Below are positions 43,101 to 51,222 of a stretch of DNA of 64,000 nt, piece after piece. The stretch comes from Longimicrobiales bacterium (GTDB taxonomy: Bacteria > Gemmatimonadota > Gemmatimonadetes > Longimicrobiales > Gaopeijiaceae). How positions within the stretch are numbered: position 1 is the stretch's first letter; every line of letters starts with the position of its first letter. The position numbers and the translations under genes are program-made. The stretch lies in NCBI GenBank assembly GCA_965238005.1, contig OZ250165.1, positions 2,656,001 through 2,720,000 on the forward strand, written 5' to 3'. A model generated the notes under the pieces. That model worked only from the letters and a program-made list of their open reading frames with translations, was not told where the DNA came from and ran no database searches.

Positions 43101-43260
43101 TGCCGTCAAGGGTGAGCAGGGCGCCGATCTCGAAGTATCCGGTCGCGATGTCGAACGCCTTCGCGATGCTGGACCACTCCTCCAAGTACCGGAGCCCGGT
43201 CCAGCCGGAGACACTGTTGTCGACGATGAAGAGCTCGCGGCCCTTGGAGTCAACGGTCAT
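40111..43260 (-). CDS. PLD-nuclease plus SNF2-family helicase
   Basis: FHAKAY..GSSNFT; DGVGLGKT, DEAHH, TATP, SEGLNLQ, QRIGRVDR. Confidence 0.9.
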   Translation of the reverse strand: MTVDSKGRELFIVDNSVSGWTGLRYLEEWSSIAKAFDIATGYFEIGALLTLDGRWQGLDKIRILMGAETTHRTRKAILEAVRAQALDRLDESIEEDKEPNPFLHGVPAILDALRSGQIECRVYDKHKFHAKAYITHAKLEVVGAQALVGSSNFTRPGLTKNVELNVQIQSAREVAQLQEWFEMHWNEASGVTEAVIETISRHTHLYSPFDVYAKALQQFLRGHELTATEWDETRSRMFPHLDRYQKEAYWALMKIARQHRGAFLCDGVGLGKTFVGLMLIERLILHEGKRVALFAPKAAKEGVWEPHLRRWLPHIGGVGGGADFSNLAVFSHTDLGRKGDFPERFQRIAELADIVVIDEAHHFRNPGRRRDPDRGIEPSRYYRLLELLDNTERPKTLFMLTATPINNRLSDFRHMTELFTRRDEAYFARTIGVNNLRAHFNQMEKTLRSRVGQDEADAAEHMTEAQGILFSDAFFRQLVVQRSRAYARESQIREYGKAAAFPERRDPQVAAYSIRKTYGRMLDLIEKAFAKRSPLFTLPMYYPLHWYRGPDKDIDPFDENRQRQVVGLIRTNFLKRFESSVAAFELSCDRLLQKLLAFLEVHSESAAEKKRLERWKAQNAEVLGYAVQRHLELWGEEGREADDEDVVPQEMLDAAERLDRAGYDVEEMMPETFLDLDQIVQFLDEARKFEPKHDDKLQKLIRLLKSKALADQKILVFTEFADTARYLKRHLDEAGIEGVEQVDSATKKNRSDVIQGFAPYYNGLSSPELAEQGREEIRVLISTDVLSEGLNLQDASRMINYDIHWNPVRLMQRIGRVDRRMNPAIEKRLVADHPEAAASRDKVWFWNFLPPEELNEILSLYTKVTQKTLLISKTLGIEGRKLLTPEDDYAALKEFHHAYEGTRTAVEDMHLEYQALLQSDPELEARLARFPGAIFSGRKRPAKGVRGVFFCYALPALDKEKNAFTEEAGTTRWYLYNLDRETILEEPGEIVASIRSKPETPQRCTTEEKTLLDIRKRIEKHIKNSYLKRVDAPVGVKPQLRCWMELNEG

Positions 43261-43759
43261 GACGCTCCCTGCTCGGCCGGTGAACGCACTTCGACAATCC
43301 GCGTATGCCCGCAGCGTCCTTCTCGCCCCTCAGCCAACACGCCGGCACGTTCGGGATCTTGCCGGGATCGAAAACCATGGCCACATCCCGAATCCTGATC
43401 AGTCGGTCCTCCAACGGGCTAAGAGTCTCTCTGCGCCTTGGGCGCCATAAAGGTAGAGCCCTGTGGCAAGATAGTCAGGTTCCCGGATGCCTCAGGGTGG
43501 CGGTACGTGAACAGCCTAGTAGCGACCGCAACTGGGCCGGGTCGCGATTGAGGCTCTTTTTAGGCTCTTCGGGAGGCGATGGAGGCGCCGTTGGCGGAGG
43601 CCGATCCGCATCCGGGACTACGCTGGAACACCTGGGACATCGCCGTTTCGCCCGTTGTTGACACGGCCTAAACCGGGCTCCTCAATGTACGGGTATGGAG
43701 ATGTTGACGGCGCAGGTTTCCAAGCGTCGGCGGACGAGTTTGCCGGTCGCACGGGAGGC

Positions 43760-43831
43760 ACGTAAGCCAGCCCACGCAATGTCAAACATTGCGATCTGGC
43801 GAGGGGATGCTGCGCCCCCCTTCGAACCCCC
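43760..43831 (-). other. Putative ColE1-like (MOB-P5/HEN) oriT
   Basis: Minus strand GGGGCGCAGC..hairpin CGCAATGTTTGACATTGCG..CTGGCTTA, the ColE1 nic context; adjacent to mobC. Confidence 0.65.
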
Positions 43832-43905
43832 AGCGTTCCGCGCCGCTGCCGGAGCAGCGGGCGGGTGGGGTGCGCCGCCCCCCGAACCCCGTCACCGGTG
43901 CGTCC

Positions 43906-44121
43906 GTGGCTGAGCGCCGGACCGTCACGGTCGCCGCCCGCGTGACGCCGGCGGAGCACGCCGCGTGGCAGGACAAGGCGGCGGCGGCAGGCGTGTCGCC
44001 GTCCGCGTTGCTGCGGCAGGCGATGTCGCGGACGCGAACGTGGACCGCGCCAGCGCTGGCCGTCGAGCGCGAGCGAACCCGCCAGCTCGCGCGCATCGGC
44101 AGCGGACTGTCGGTGGTCTGA
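43906..44121 (+). pseudogene. mobC: Truncated MobC relaxosome accessory protein
   Basis: RHH RTVTVAARVTPAEH..AGVSPSALLR; breaks at LARIG before the NLNQ motif. Confidence 0.7.
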
Positions 44122-44722
44122 ATCACGGCAGGAAGTCACGTAAGTCAACCAGGACTGCACGATCTGCCATTCTTGCCGTTGGACGATGCCTGATTCCACG
44201 GGACTGAAATAGCGGGGAAACCGCATCAAGTGGCGGGAATCCGGGTCGTCCCGTTGTCAGCCGCTCGTCTTCAGTTCCTAACCGCTTGGTGTTTCCGTCT
44301 TGTTCGCGCAGCGCCCGCGCCGCCTCCCCGCCCTGCGCGCGTTCGCTTCGGCAGTACCGATGTCCTCCACACCCTGCGCGCCCGCCGCTCGCCTCGCCGT
44401 TCCGTCCGGTACCGGCCTCATCGCCCGGGTGAAGCTCGCCGGGTCGCTCGCGCCTTCAATCGCGGCGGGCGCCGAGGTCGGATCGAGTTGACACGGATCG
44501 CGGTTCGGCTCGGCTCTGGCTTCGGTTCGCCCGAGCCGGGGCCGGCCGGGCGATCCAGCGCGCGCTCCGCCCCCCGCCAATTTGACGGTTGCGGTAGGGC
44601 GGGTCGCGTCGGTAGCATTGTTTACGGGCGGGCGCAGGAGGCTCGCCCTTCGAGGAATTCCGGCGCCGTCGCGCGGGACGGCATCGGGTCCCGAGTCGGT
44701 CTACTTTGAGAAGTGCGTGGGC

Positions 44723-46417
44723 ATGAGCCGTCATCGAGTGCTGGTCTTCGCGGCGGCCTCGCTGACGGCCTCGCTGTAGGCCTATGCGTGCGGCGGGGAC
44801 GGCGCGACGGAGCCTCCTCCCCCCGAGCCGCCCCGGGCGACCACGGTGACGGTCACGCCCGCGACCGCAGAGCTCGGGGCCGTGGGCGCGACCGTGCAGC
44901 TCACGGCCGAAGTGCGCGACCAGAACGGGCAGGTGATGTCCGGCGCCACCGTCACCTGGTCGAGCAGCAGCGCCGCCGTGGCGACGGTGGACGGATCGAG
45001 TCTCGTGACGGCGGTGGCCAACGGGACGGCAACGATCACGGCTACGGCGGGCGGGGTGTCGGGGAGTGCGGCCGTCACCGTGGCCCAGGAGATCAGCACG
45101 GTGGCGGTCACGCCCGCGGCCGACACCCTGGTGGCGGGCGACACGCTGCGCCTGGCCGCGGAGGCGACGGACGCGAACGGCCATGCGGTGGCGGGCGCCG
45201 AGTTCACGTGGGCGTCGAGCGACACGCTGGTCGCCGCGGTGGACGATGCGGGCCTCGTGACCGGGATCGGGGCGGGCGAGGCGGAGGTGACGGCCACCGC
45301 GGCGGGGGTGGCGGGCGGGGCCGCCCTGGCGGTCGCGGCTCCGGCGCCGACGACCATCGCGGTCGCCCCCGACACGGTGGCCCTGACGGCCCTCGGACAG
45401 ACCGCGCAGCTCGCCGCGGAGGTGCGCGACCAGGCCGGGCGTATGATGGCCGGCGTCCCGGTTGCCTGGTCGAGCGCCGACACGACCGTCGCGGCGGTCG
45501 ACTCGGCCGGGGTGGTGACGGCGGCGGGGAGTGGCGCGACGACGATCACCGCGGCGGCGGGAGAGGCCTCCGGCGACGCGTGGGTGACGGTGATGCAGTC
45601 GGCGGGTTCGGTCGTCGTGTCGCCGCCGGCGGACACGATCGCGCCCGGTGACACGCTCCGGCTGATCGCGGAGGCGTTCGACGCGAACGGGCATCCGGTC
45701 GAGGAAACCGAGTTCTCTTGGGCGTCGAGCGACACGCTGGTGGCAGCGGTGGATGATGCAGGGCTGGTGCGGGGCGTCGCCGAGGGTAGGGCCACGATCA
45801 CTGCGATGGCGGGCGAAGCCCAGGGGACCTCGGAGATCACCGTCGAGAACCCCGGACCCCGAGTGGGCTTCACCGCCGCAGTGGCGTACGCGCTGGAGGG
45901 CGAGGCCGTGGTTCTCGAGGTCGTAGTGGACGAGCCGCCCGAATCCCCCATCGCGGTCAGATACACGACAGGTACCGACGACGACCCTGGGACCGCTGAC
46001 GCGGAGACGGGCGATTACGGCGACGACAATGGCGGCTCCGTGCGGATCGCGCCAGGAACCACAGGTGCGGCCGTTGTGATCCGCATCCACGACGATGATG
46101 ACGCCGAACCGGCGCGCGAGATCTTCACGGTCACGCTCAACACGCCCGATCACGAGGCAGGATATGTCTTGGGCCCGGTCTTCTCAGCCGTGGTTGTGAT
46201 CGAGGAGGGCGTTTGCGATCGTACGCCCAACATCCGGGACGAGGTTCTGGCGGCCGTTGGACTAGACAAATGCTCACAGCCCGACACTGATGACCTGGCC
46301 AGCATTCGGAGGCTGGATCTGAAGAGATCCTCAATCACGGTCGAAGTGCGTTCTATACGGGGGGGCTTCCTAGCTATAGCAGAGTCCAGGCGAACCGCTG
46401 CGCTCGTCCGGTCGTAA
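44723..46417 (+). pseudogene. Ig-like (Big_2) repeat plus Calx-beta-like surface lipoprotein, disrupted
   Basis: In-frame TAG at 44777 in the signal peptide; repeats WSSS..VATVD..GLVT; breaks at the start of an LRR region. Confidence 0.8.
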
Positions 46418-46541
46418 AGTGACGCGTTCCGCAAGACGGCTGGTGGCCGGCACCGGAGAGGCTGACGATACATTATGCTTAGGATGACTCGTGGCGATGA
46501 TACCGGTAAACCGGCATCCTGCCTGACAGACGGGGATTGAG

Positions 46542-47366
46542 ATGAACGACACGGTTGAAATCGAATACCGAGATAAGCTCGGAGAGGAGTTCGGAGCCAT
46601 ATTCCACCGTCTGCGGATCCACTGGGCGTTTTCCGTAATGAGATCCAAGGAGTTCGAAGCGTTGTTCAGCGACGCGGCGACCGTTGAACTCCTAAGCGCA
46701 ATTGGTGGTGGCGGGTTCATTCGGGATATCCAGAATATACTCTGGGACGACTTGATACTGCGCATCACAAGGTTGACAGATCCGATTCAAACAGCACGGA
46801 AGGACAACCTTACGGTTCGAAAGCTGCCGGAGTTCTGTGAGAATGGGTTGCGTAGCGAAGTGGAGGATCTCGTCAAGTCTGCGGGCCAACGCACCGCGTT
46901 CGCACGCGACTGGAGAAATCAACATATTAGCCACACAGATCTAACCCGCGCGATCGACCCCGACGTTGAGCCTCTGGCTCCTGCCAGTCTGCAACAAATA
47001 AACGCGGCATTGAACGCGATACATGCCGTTCTGGACCGGATCAGCTCATGCCTCTTGAATGAGAACATACGCAACGATATCGCTTACAGGCCAAGAGCCA
47101 GTGCATTCGTAGCATATTCAAGACAGCTTGTTGAAGCTGTCAAGTACATCGACTCGCTCATAGATTCTAGCGGGACGGCACACATCACCGATGTGGATGT
47201 CGCCGGCGACTTTCTCCGGAGACTTGGATGCGAACCCACAGCGGATCAGGTAAGACAGATAATTGAGTTGCGGGATGCCGGTCGTAGGTTCAAGGCGGTT
47301 CCGTCTCAGGGAAGGCGGTCTAACCGACGAGGGACGCTGTATTCGCGTCATAGGCATACCGGGTGA
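46542..47366 (+). CDS. HEPN-domain (AbiU2-like) protein
   Basis: LRITRLTD and RNQHISH (Rx5H); lower GC than flanks. Confidence 0.7.
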   Translation: MNDTVEIEYRDKLGEEFGAIFHRLRIHWAFSVMRSKEFEALFSDAATVELLSAIGGGGFIRDIQNILWDDLILRITRLTDPIQTARKDNLTVRKLPEFCENGLRSEVEDLVKSAGQRTAFARDWRNQHISHTDLTRAIDPDVEPLAPASLQQINAALNAIHAVLDRISSCLLNENIRNDIAYRPRASAFVAYSRQLVEAVKYIDSLIDSSGTAHITDVDVAGDFLRRLGCEPTADQVRQIIELRDAGRRFKAVPSQGRRSNRRGTLYSRHRHTG

Positions 47367-48504
47367 TCGTTCCCTTCCTGATCTTCTCGACGGCATCGTC
47401 GATTGTGCCGAGAGGCACCAGGAACCATTCGCGGGGCACGACTGGGTTTCCTAAGCGATCCTTAATCTCGACCTCGAGGCGGGCGGAGGAAAAGACGCGG
47501 TGGATCAGGTGTTCGAGCTTGCCGCGGTCGATGTTGTAGAGCTTGTAGGTGGCGACGACCTCGACGTCGGCCATGAGGAAGGTTGGTTGCAGCCTTGCGC
47601 CCGCGATGCGCTCCTCAACGCTGCCACTGGTGACGCCGATCTTGTGGATCAGGTCGCGGTGTTCTGAAACGAACGGCAGATCAGACTTGCTCCGGAGCAC
47701 GTAGATCGTGCCGCTCGCCTCGTCGCCGTCTGTGGTGTGGCCGGCAAAGAGTGGCCCGGCCGTCGGCTCGGTGATCCGCCGACCCGCCTCGTCCTTGTGG
47801 AGCGCCCGCTGAAGCGACCGGCGGAGCATGTTGTTCTCGGTGCCGTTGTCGAAGATCACGCGGAGGCGTGCATCCTTGTCGCCGTACTCCTGAGTGAAGA
47901 TCTCTCCCATCTCGGCGACGTAGGCTTTCTGGCCACCCACGATGAAAAACCGGCCGGGCTCGATCTCCAACTTCCGCTCGAAGGGTCGTGTCTGGCGGAT
48001 GCCCGCGTCGAGTTCCCTCTGGAGCTGCTCGAAAAGCGGCCGGAAGCGCTCGAAATCCTCACACCTCGCCCGGCTCGCGATCTCCTCTGCCTCCCGCTTC
48101 TCGGCGCTCGAGCGCACATGGTGCAGCTCGGTGATGTCCGCCGCCGTGGCATCGACACCGAGCTCGGCGAGGAGCGCGTCGTCGTCTATCGCGTCCGGGC
48201 GGGGCGGGGCGGCTACTGCGCTACTGCTCAGGAGTGCCTGCCGGTCCATCGGTGCCAGGAGTGTCCGGCACTCTTCCTGCTCGCGGATGCGGTCCAGCCG
48301 CACGGCATAGAGCCGTTCGAAGACGTCGCGGTCCTCGCCCCGCTCGGGGACGCGGCCGTGCGTATCGACGAAGCGCTGGATCTCCTCGAAGCCCGCAACG
48401 ATCGACTCCTCGCGAGGCGGGAGGTGGGAAGCCTTCTCGGGCACGACATCGACACCGAGCTCGGCGAGGAGCACGTCATCGTCCTCGGTGAATGTCTTAG
48501 TCAT
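47320..48504 (-). CDS. GIY-YIG/T5orf172 nuclease, YeeC-like
   Basis: GTIYVLRS, HKIGVT, LEHLIH, PREWF. Confidence 0.88.
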   Translation of the reverse strand: MTKTFTEDDDVLLAELGVDVVPEKASHLPPREESIVAGFEEIQRFVDTHGRVPERGEDRDVFERLYAVRLDRIREQEECRTLLAPMDRQALLSSSAVAAPPRPDAIDDDALLAELGVDATAADITELHHVRSSAEKREAEEIASRARCEDFERFRPLFEQLQRELDAGIRQTRPFERKLEIEPGRFFIVGGQKAYVAEMGEIFTQEYGDKDARLRVIFDNGTENNMLRRSLQRALHKDEAGRRITEPTAGPLFAGHTTDGDEASGTIYVLRSKSDLPFVSEHRDLIHKIGVTSGSVEERIAGARLQPTFLMADVEVVATYKLYNIDRGKLEHLIHRVFSSARLEVEIKDRLGNPVVPREWFLVPLGTIDDAVEKIRKGTITRYAYDANTASLVG

Positions 48505-50572
48505 CGGCCGCTGCCGCCTTCATGCGAACCAGAACGGCGATGCCTTCGGCCATGCGCCGCTCCCACGGGTCCGCCGCCGTGAGAGACGGGATCCGACCGC
48601 GCTCCTGCTTGAACCTGAGGGCTCGCCTCGCGAGATCCCGGGCCTCGTCCGGTGTGATCTGGACCTTTTTCGCCGTGATCACGGCGGCCACCTGCCTGAG
48701 GCTCTCCTCATTCATCGTCTTTGCAAGGATCGCGTAGGCTTCGCTAAACGGATTGATGCGGTCGATCAGGTCGATATCGAGATCCCGCACATCCATCACG
48801 AACCGCCGCACGCCGTCGATCAGGGCCGTGTTCCCGCCCTTCTCCTTCCCGTCACCCTCCTCCTCACCGCCGCCGTCGCCCGCCAGGGCGATCTCTTTCG
48901 CCTTCTGCGTCAGGTTCAGCGCGGCGACCGCATGCTCGCGAACGGCCTCCTGATCCCCCTCATCGAGGTCCGGGTACTTTTCCTTGATGATCTTCCCCAT
49001 CCGCACCTGGGTCAGCTCCTCGGGCACGAGCTCCTCATCGAAAAGCCCGCGTTCGACGGCGACCTTGTCCTGCATGAAGGCGGAGATCACCTCGTTCAGG
49101 TCCTCCCGGCAGATGCGCGTGGCCGCTTCGCTCTTCGGCTCCGCCAGCCCCTTGATCTCGACGGTGACCTCACCGGTCTTTTCGTTGACCCCCACATTGC
49201 ACTGCTCGGGGTCGTAGCCCTCCTCGCCGTAGTCGAGCCCTTCCACCGGCCCGCTCGACTCAGTCTTCGACGTGAAGTTGAAGCGCGGAGCGAGCACCTG
49301 CTCCATGAGGAGGCTCGCAGCGATGGCCTTGAGCGTATCGTTCACGGCTTCGGTGACGGCCTCCTCGGAGGCATCCGGCTCCGCGATGAGATTCGTGAAG
49401 CGGCTCCGGGCCTTCCCCGGGGCGTCGCGCGTGGCGCGGCCGATGATCTGCACGATCTCCGTCAGGCTCGACCGGTAGCCGACAGTCAGCGCGTGATCGC
49501 ACCAGACCCAGTCGAAGCCCTCCTTCGCCATCCCGAGGGCGATGATGATGTCCACGTGGTCCCGGTTGTCCTTCTGCGCGGGATCCCTGAGCGCGGCCGC
49601 GACCCGGTCCCTCCGGACCGGGTTGTCGTCGACGAGATCGGCGATCCGGAGCACACGCCCGTCGGAGGTCTTCACCATCTGGAAGCCGGTCTCGGGGTCC
49701 GCCCCCTTCCACTCGCCCAGCTCCTCGAGGATGTGCTCGACCTCCCGGATCTTGTCCTTCGTGCTCTCCCGCGAATTCACGCTCGGGATGTGGACGATCG
49801 TCTTCTCGCCCGGGTCGAGGACCTTCAGGATGTCGTCCGCGTAGCTCCCCGTGTAGAAGAAGTAGCCGATGTCGAGCCGCTTCAGGTGTTCGTAGCCGTT
49901 CAGCTGCTCGTAGTAGGTGTAGGTAACGGTCTCGAACCGCGCCTCGTCCTCGGGCACCAGCACGGGCTCGGCATCGCCACGGAAGTAGGATCCCGTCATC
50001 GCCACGATGTGGGCCTTGTCGCGTGCCATGAACTGGCTGACGTGCACGCCGAGCCTGTTGTCCGGATTGGCGGAGGCGTGATGGAACTCGTCCACCGCGA
50101 CGAGCCGGTCGTCGAAGGCCCCCACCCCGCACTGGTCCACGGCAAATCTGAAGGTCGCGTGCGTGCAGACGAGTACCCGGTCGTTGCTACCCAAGAACGC
50201 CTTCAGCGCTTTGACCTTGCCGCCGTCCGTGCCGGGCGCGCCGCAAAGGTTCCACTTCGGCCGGACGGTCCAGTCGGCCCAGAAGCCGAAGCGGCTGAGC
50301 GGCACGTCCGCGAAGCTCGCGCCGATGGTTTTCTCGGGGACGACGATGACCGCCTGGCGCACGCCCTGGTTCACGAGCTTGTCGAGCGCGATGAACATGA
50401 GCGCCCGGCTCTTCCCCGAGGCCGGCGGCGATTTGATCAGAAGATACTGCTCCCCGCGCTTCTCCCAGGCCCGCTCCTGCATCGGGCGCATCCCGAGCTC
50501 ATTGGACCGGATGGTGCGTCCCGTCCGCGCGTAGCTTACGGAGACGGACGGGATGCTCTTGGCGTTGGTCAA
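48497..50572 (-). CDS. SF2 DEAD/DEAH-type helicase, YeeB-like
   Basis: PPASGKS, DEFHH, MTGS, KEGFD, QIIGRATRD; TTG start overlaps the yafQ stop. Confidence 0.9.
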   Translation of the reverse strand: MTNAKSIPSVSVSYARTGRTIRSNELGMRPMQERAWEKRGEQYLLIKSPPASGKSRALMFIALDKLVNQGVRQAVIVVPEKTIGASFADVPLSRFGFWADWTVRPKWNLCGAPGTDGGKVKALKAFLGSNDRVLVCTHATFRFAVDQCGVGAFDDRLVAVDEFHHASANPDNRLGVHVSQFMARDKAHIVAMTGSYFRGDAEPVLVPEDEARFETVTYTYYEQLNGYEHLKRLDIGYFFYTGSYADDILKVLDPGEKTIVHIPSVNSRESTKDKIREVEHILEELGEWKGADPETGFQMVKTSDGRVLRIADLVDDNPVRRDRVAAALRDPAQKDNRDHVDIIIALGMAKEGFDWVWCDHALTVGYRSSLTEIVQIIGRATRDAPGKARSRFTNLIAEPDASEEAVTEAVNDTLKAIAASLLMEQVLAPRFNFTSKTESSGPVEGLDYGEEGYDPEQCNVGVNEKTGEVTVEIKGLAEPKSEAATRICREDLNEVISAFMQDKVAVERGLFDEELVPEELTQVRMGKIIKEKYPDLDEGDQEAVREHAVAALNLTQKAKEIALAGDGGGEEEGDGKEKGGNTALIDGVRRFVMDVRDLDIDLIDRINPFSEAYAILAKTMNEESLRQVAAVITAKKVQITPDEARDLARRALRFKQERGRIPSLTAADPWERRMAEGIAVLVRMKAAAADD

Positions 50573-50895
50573 TGGAACAGCTCCGCGTGAGTGCCGGCCC
50601 GAGCAAAGTAAACCGAACCGCTGGGGCCGTCCGTGTCGTCGATGCGATAGATCAGAAGGAAGTCGCCACCGACGTGGCATTCCCGGTAGTGCGCCCATGA
50701 GCCTTTGAGCGCGTGATCCCTCCGTTCGGGACCGAGCGGGGCCTCGTTGGCAATGAGAAGGAGCATGACCGCCTTCAGCCGATTCATATCGTATCGGCCG
50801 GAACGCGAAAGCCGCTCCCAGTCCTTGAGGAATTGCCGGGCGTAGTCGACCCGGCGCGGGAGGTTGGCCCGTTTACTGGCCGCTGGCTTCTTCAA
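50569..50895 (-). CDS. yafQ: YafQ-family toxin
   Basis: DHALKG, RECHVGGDFLLIY, GTHAELF. Confidence 0.9.
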   Translation of the reverse strand: MKKPAASKRANLPRRVDYARQFLKDWERLSRSGRYDMNRLKAVMLLLIANEAPLGPERRDHALKGSWAHYRECHVGGDFLLIYRIDDTDGPSGSVYFARAGTHAELFH

Positions 50896-51154
50896 GCTCC
50901 GCAAACATCTCGTCCGCGTTGGCGAATCGCGCGGTGCGCGTCTTCACCATCTCGTCGATCTCGGCCATGGCCCTACGGGTTTGCGCGTTCGGTACCTTGA
51001 GTTCGAGCGGGAATGCCTGATCGACGGCGATGCGGTGGAAGAGCAGCCGCACGGCCTCCGAGGCCGTCAGGCCCATCGCCGCCAGCGCTTCCGTCGCCTT
51101 CTGCTTCATCTCGGTGTCCATCCGGACATGGAGCATTGAGCTTTGTGTCCTCAT
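50873..51154 (-). CDS. dinJ: RelB/DinJ antitoxin
   Basis: LHVRMD, MGLTASEAVR, FPLELKVPNAQTRRAM. Confidence 0.9.
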   Translation of the reverse strand: MRTQSSMLHVRMDTEMKQKATEALAAMGLTASEAVRLLFHRIAVDQAFPLELKVPNAQTRRAMAEIDEMVKTRTARFANADEMFAELEEASGQ

Positions 51155-51166
51155 CCGTGCCTCCTG

Positions 51167-51182
51167 TATCGCAATTGCGATA
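51167..51182. promoter_or_regulatory. 16-bp perfect palindrome TATCGCAATTGCGATA, probable TA operator
   Basis: Immediately upstream of the dinJ RBS. Confidence 0.7.
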
Positions 51183-51222
51183 TAGCATGTCATGTCGGGG
51201 CGGCCCAGTCAACCCGATGCGA

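Noticed and set aside
36597..43260. DISARM or BREX
   Set aside because: No drmA/drmB, pglZ or brxC-like genes recognised nearby.
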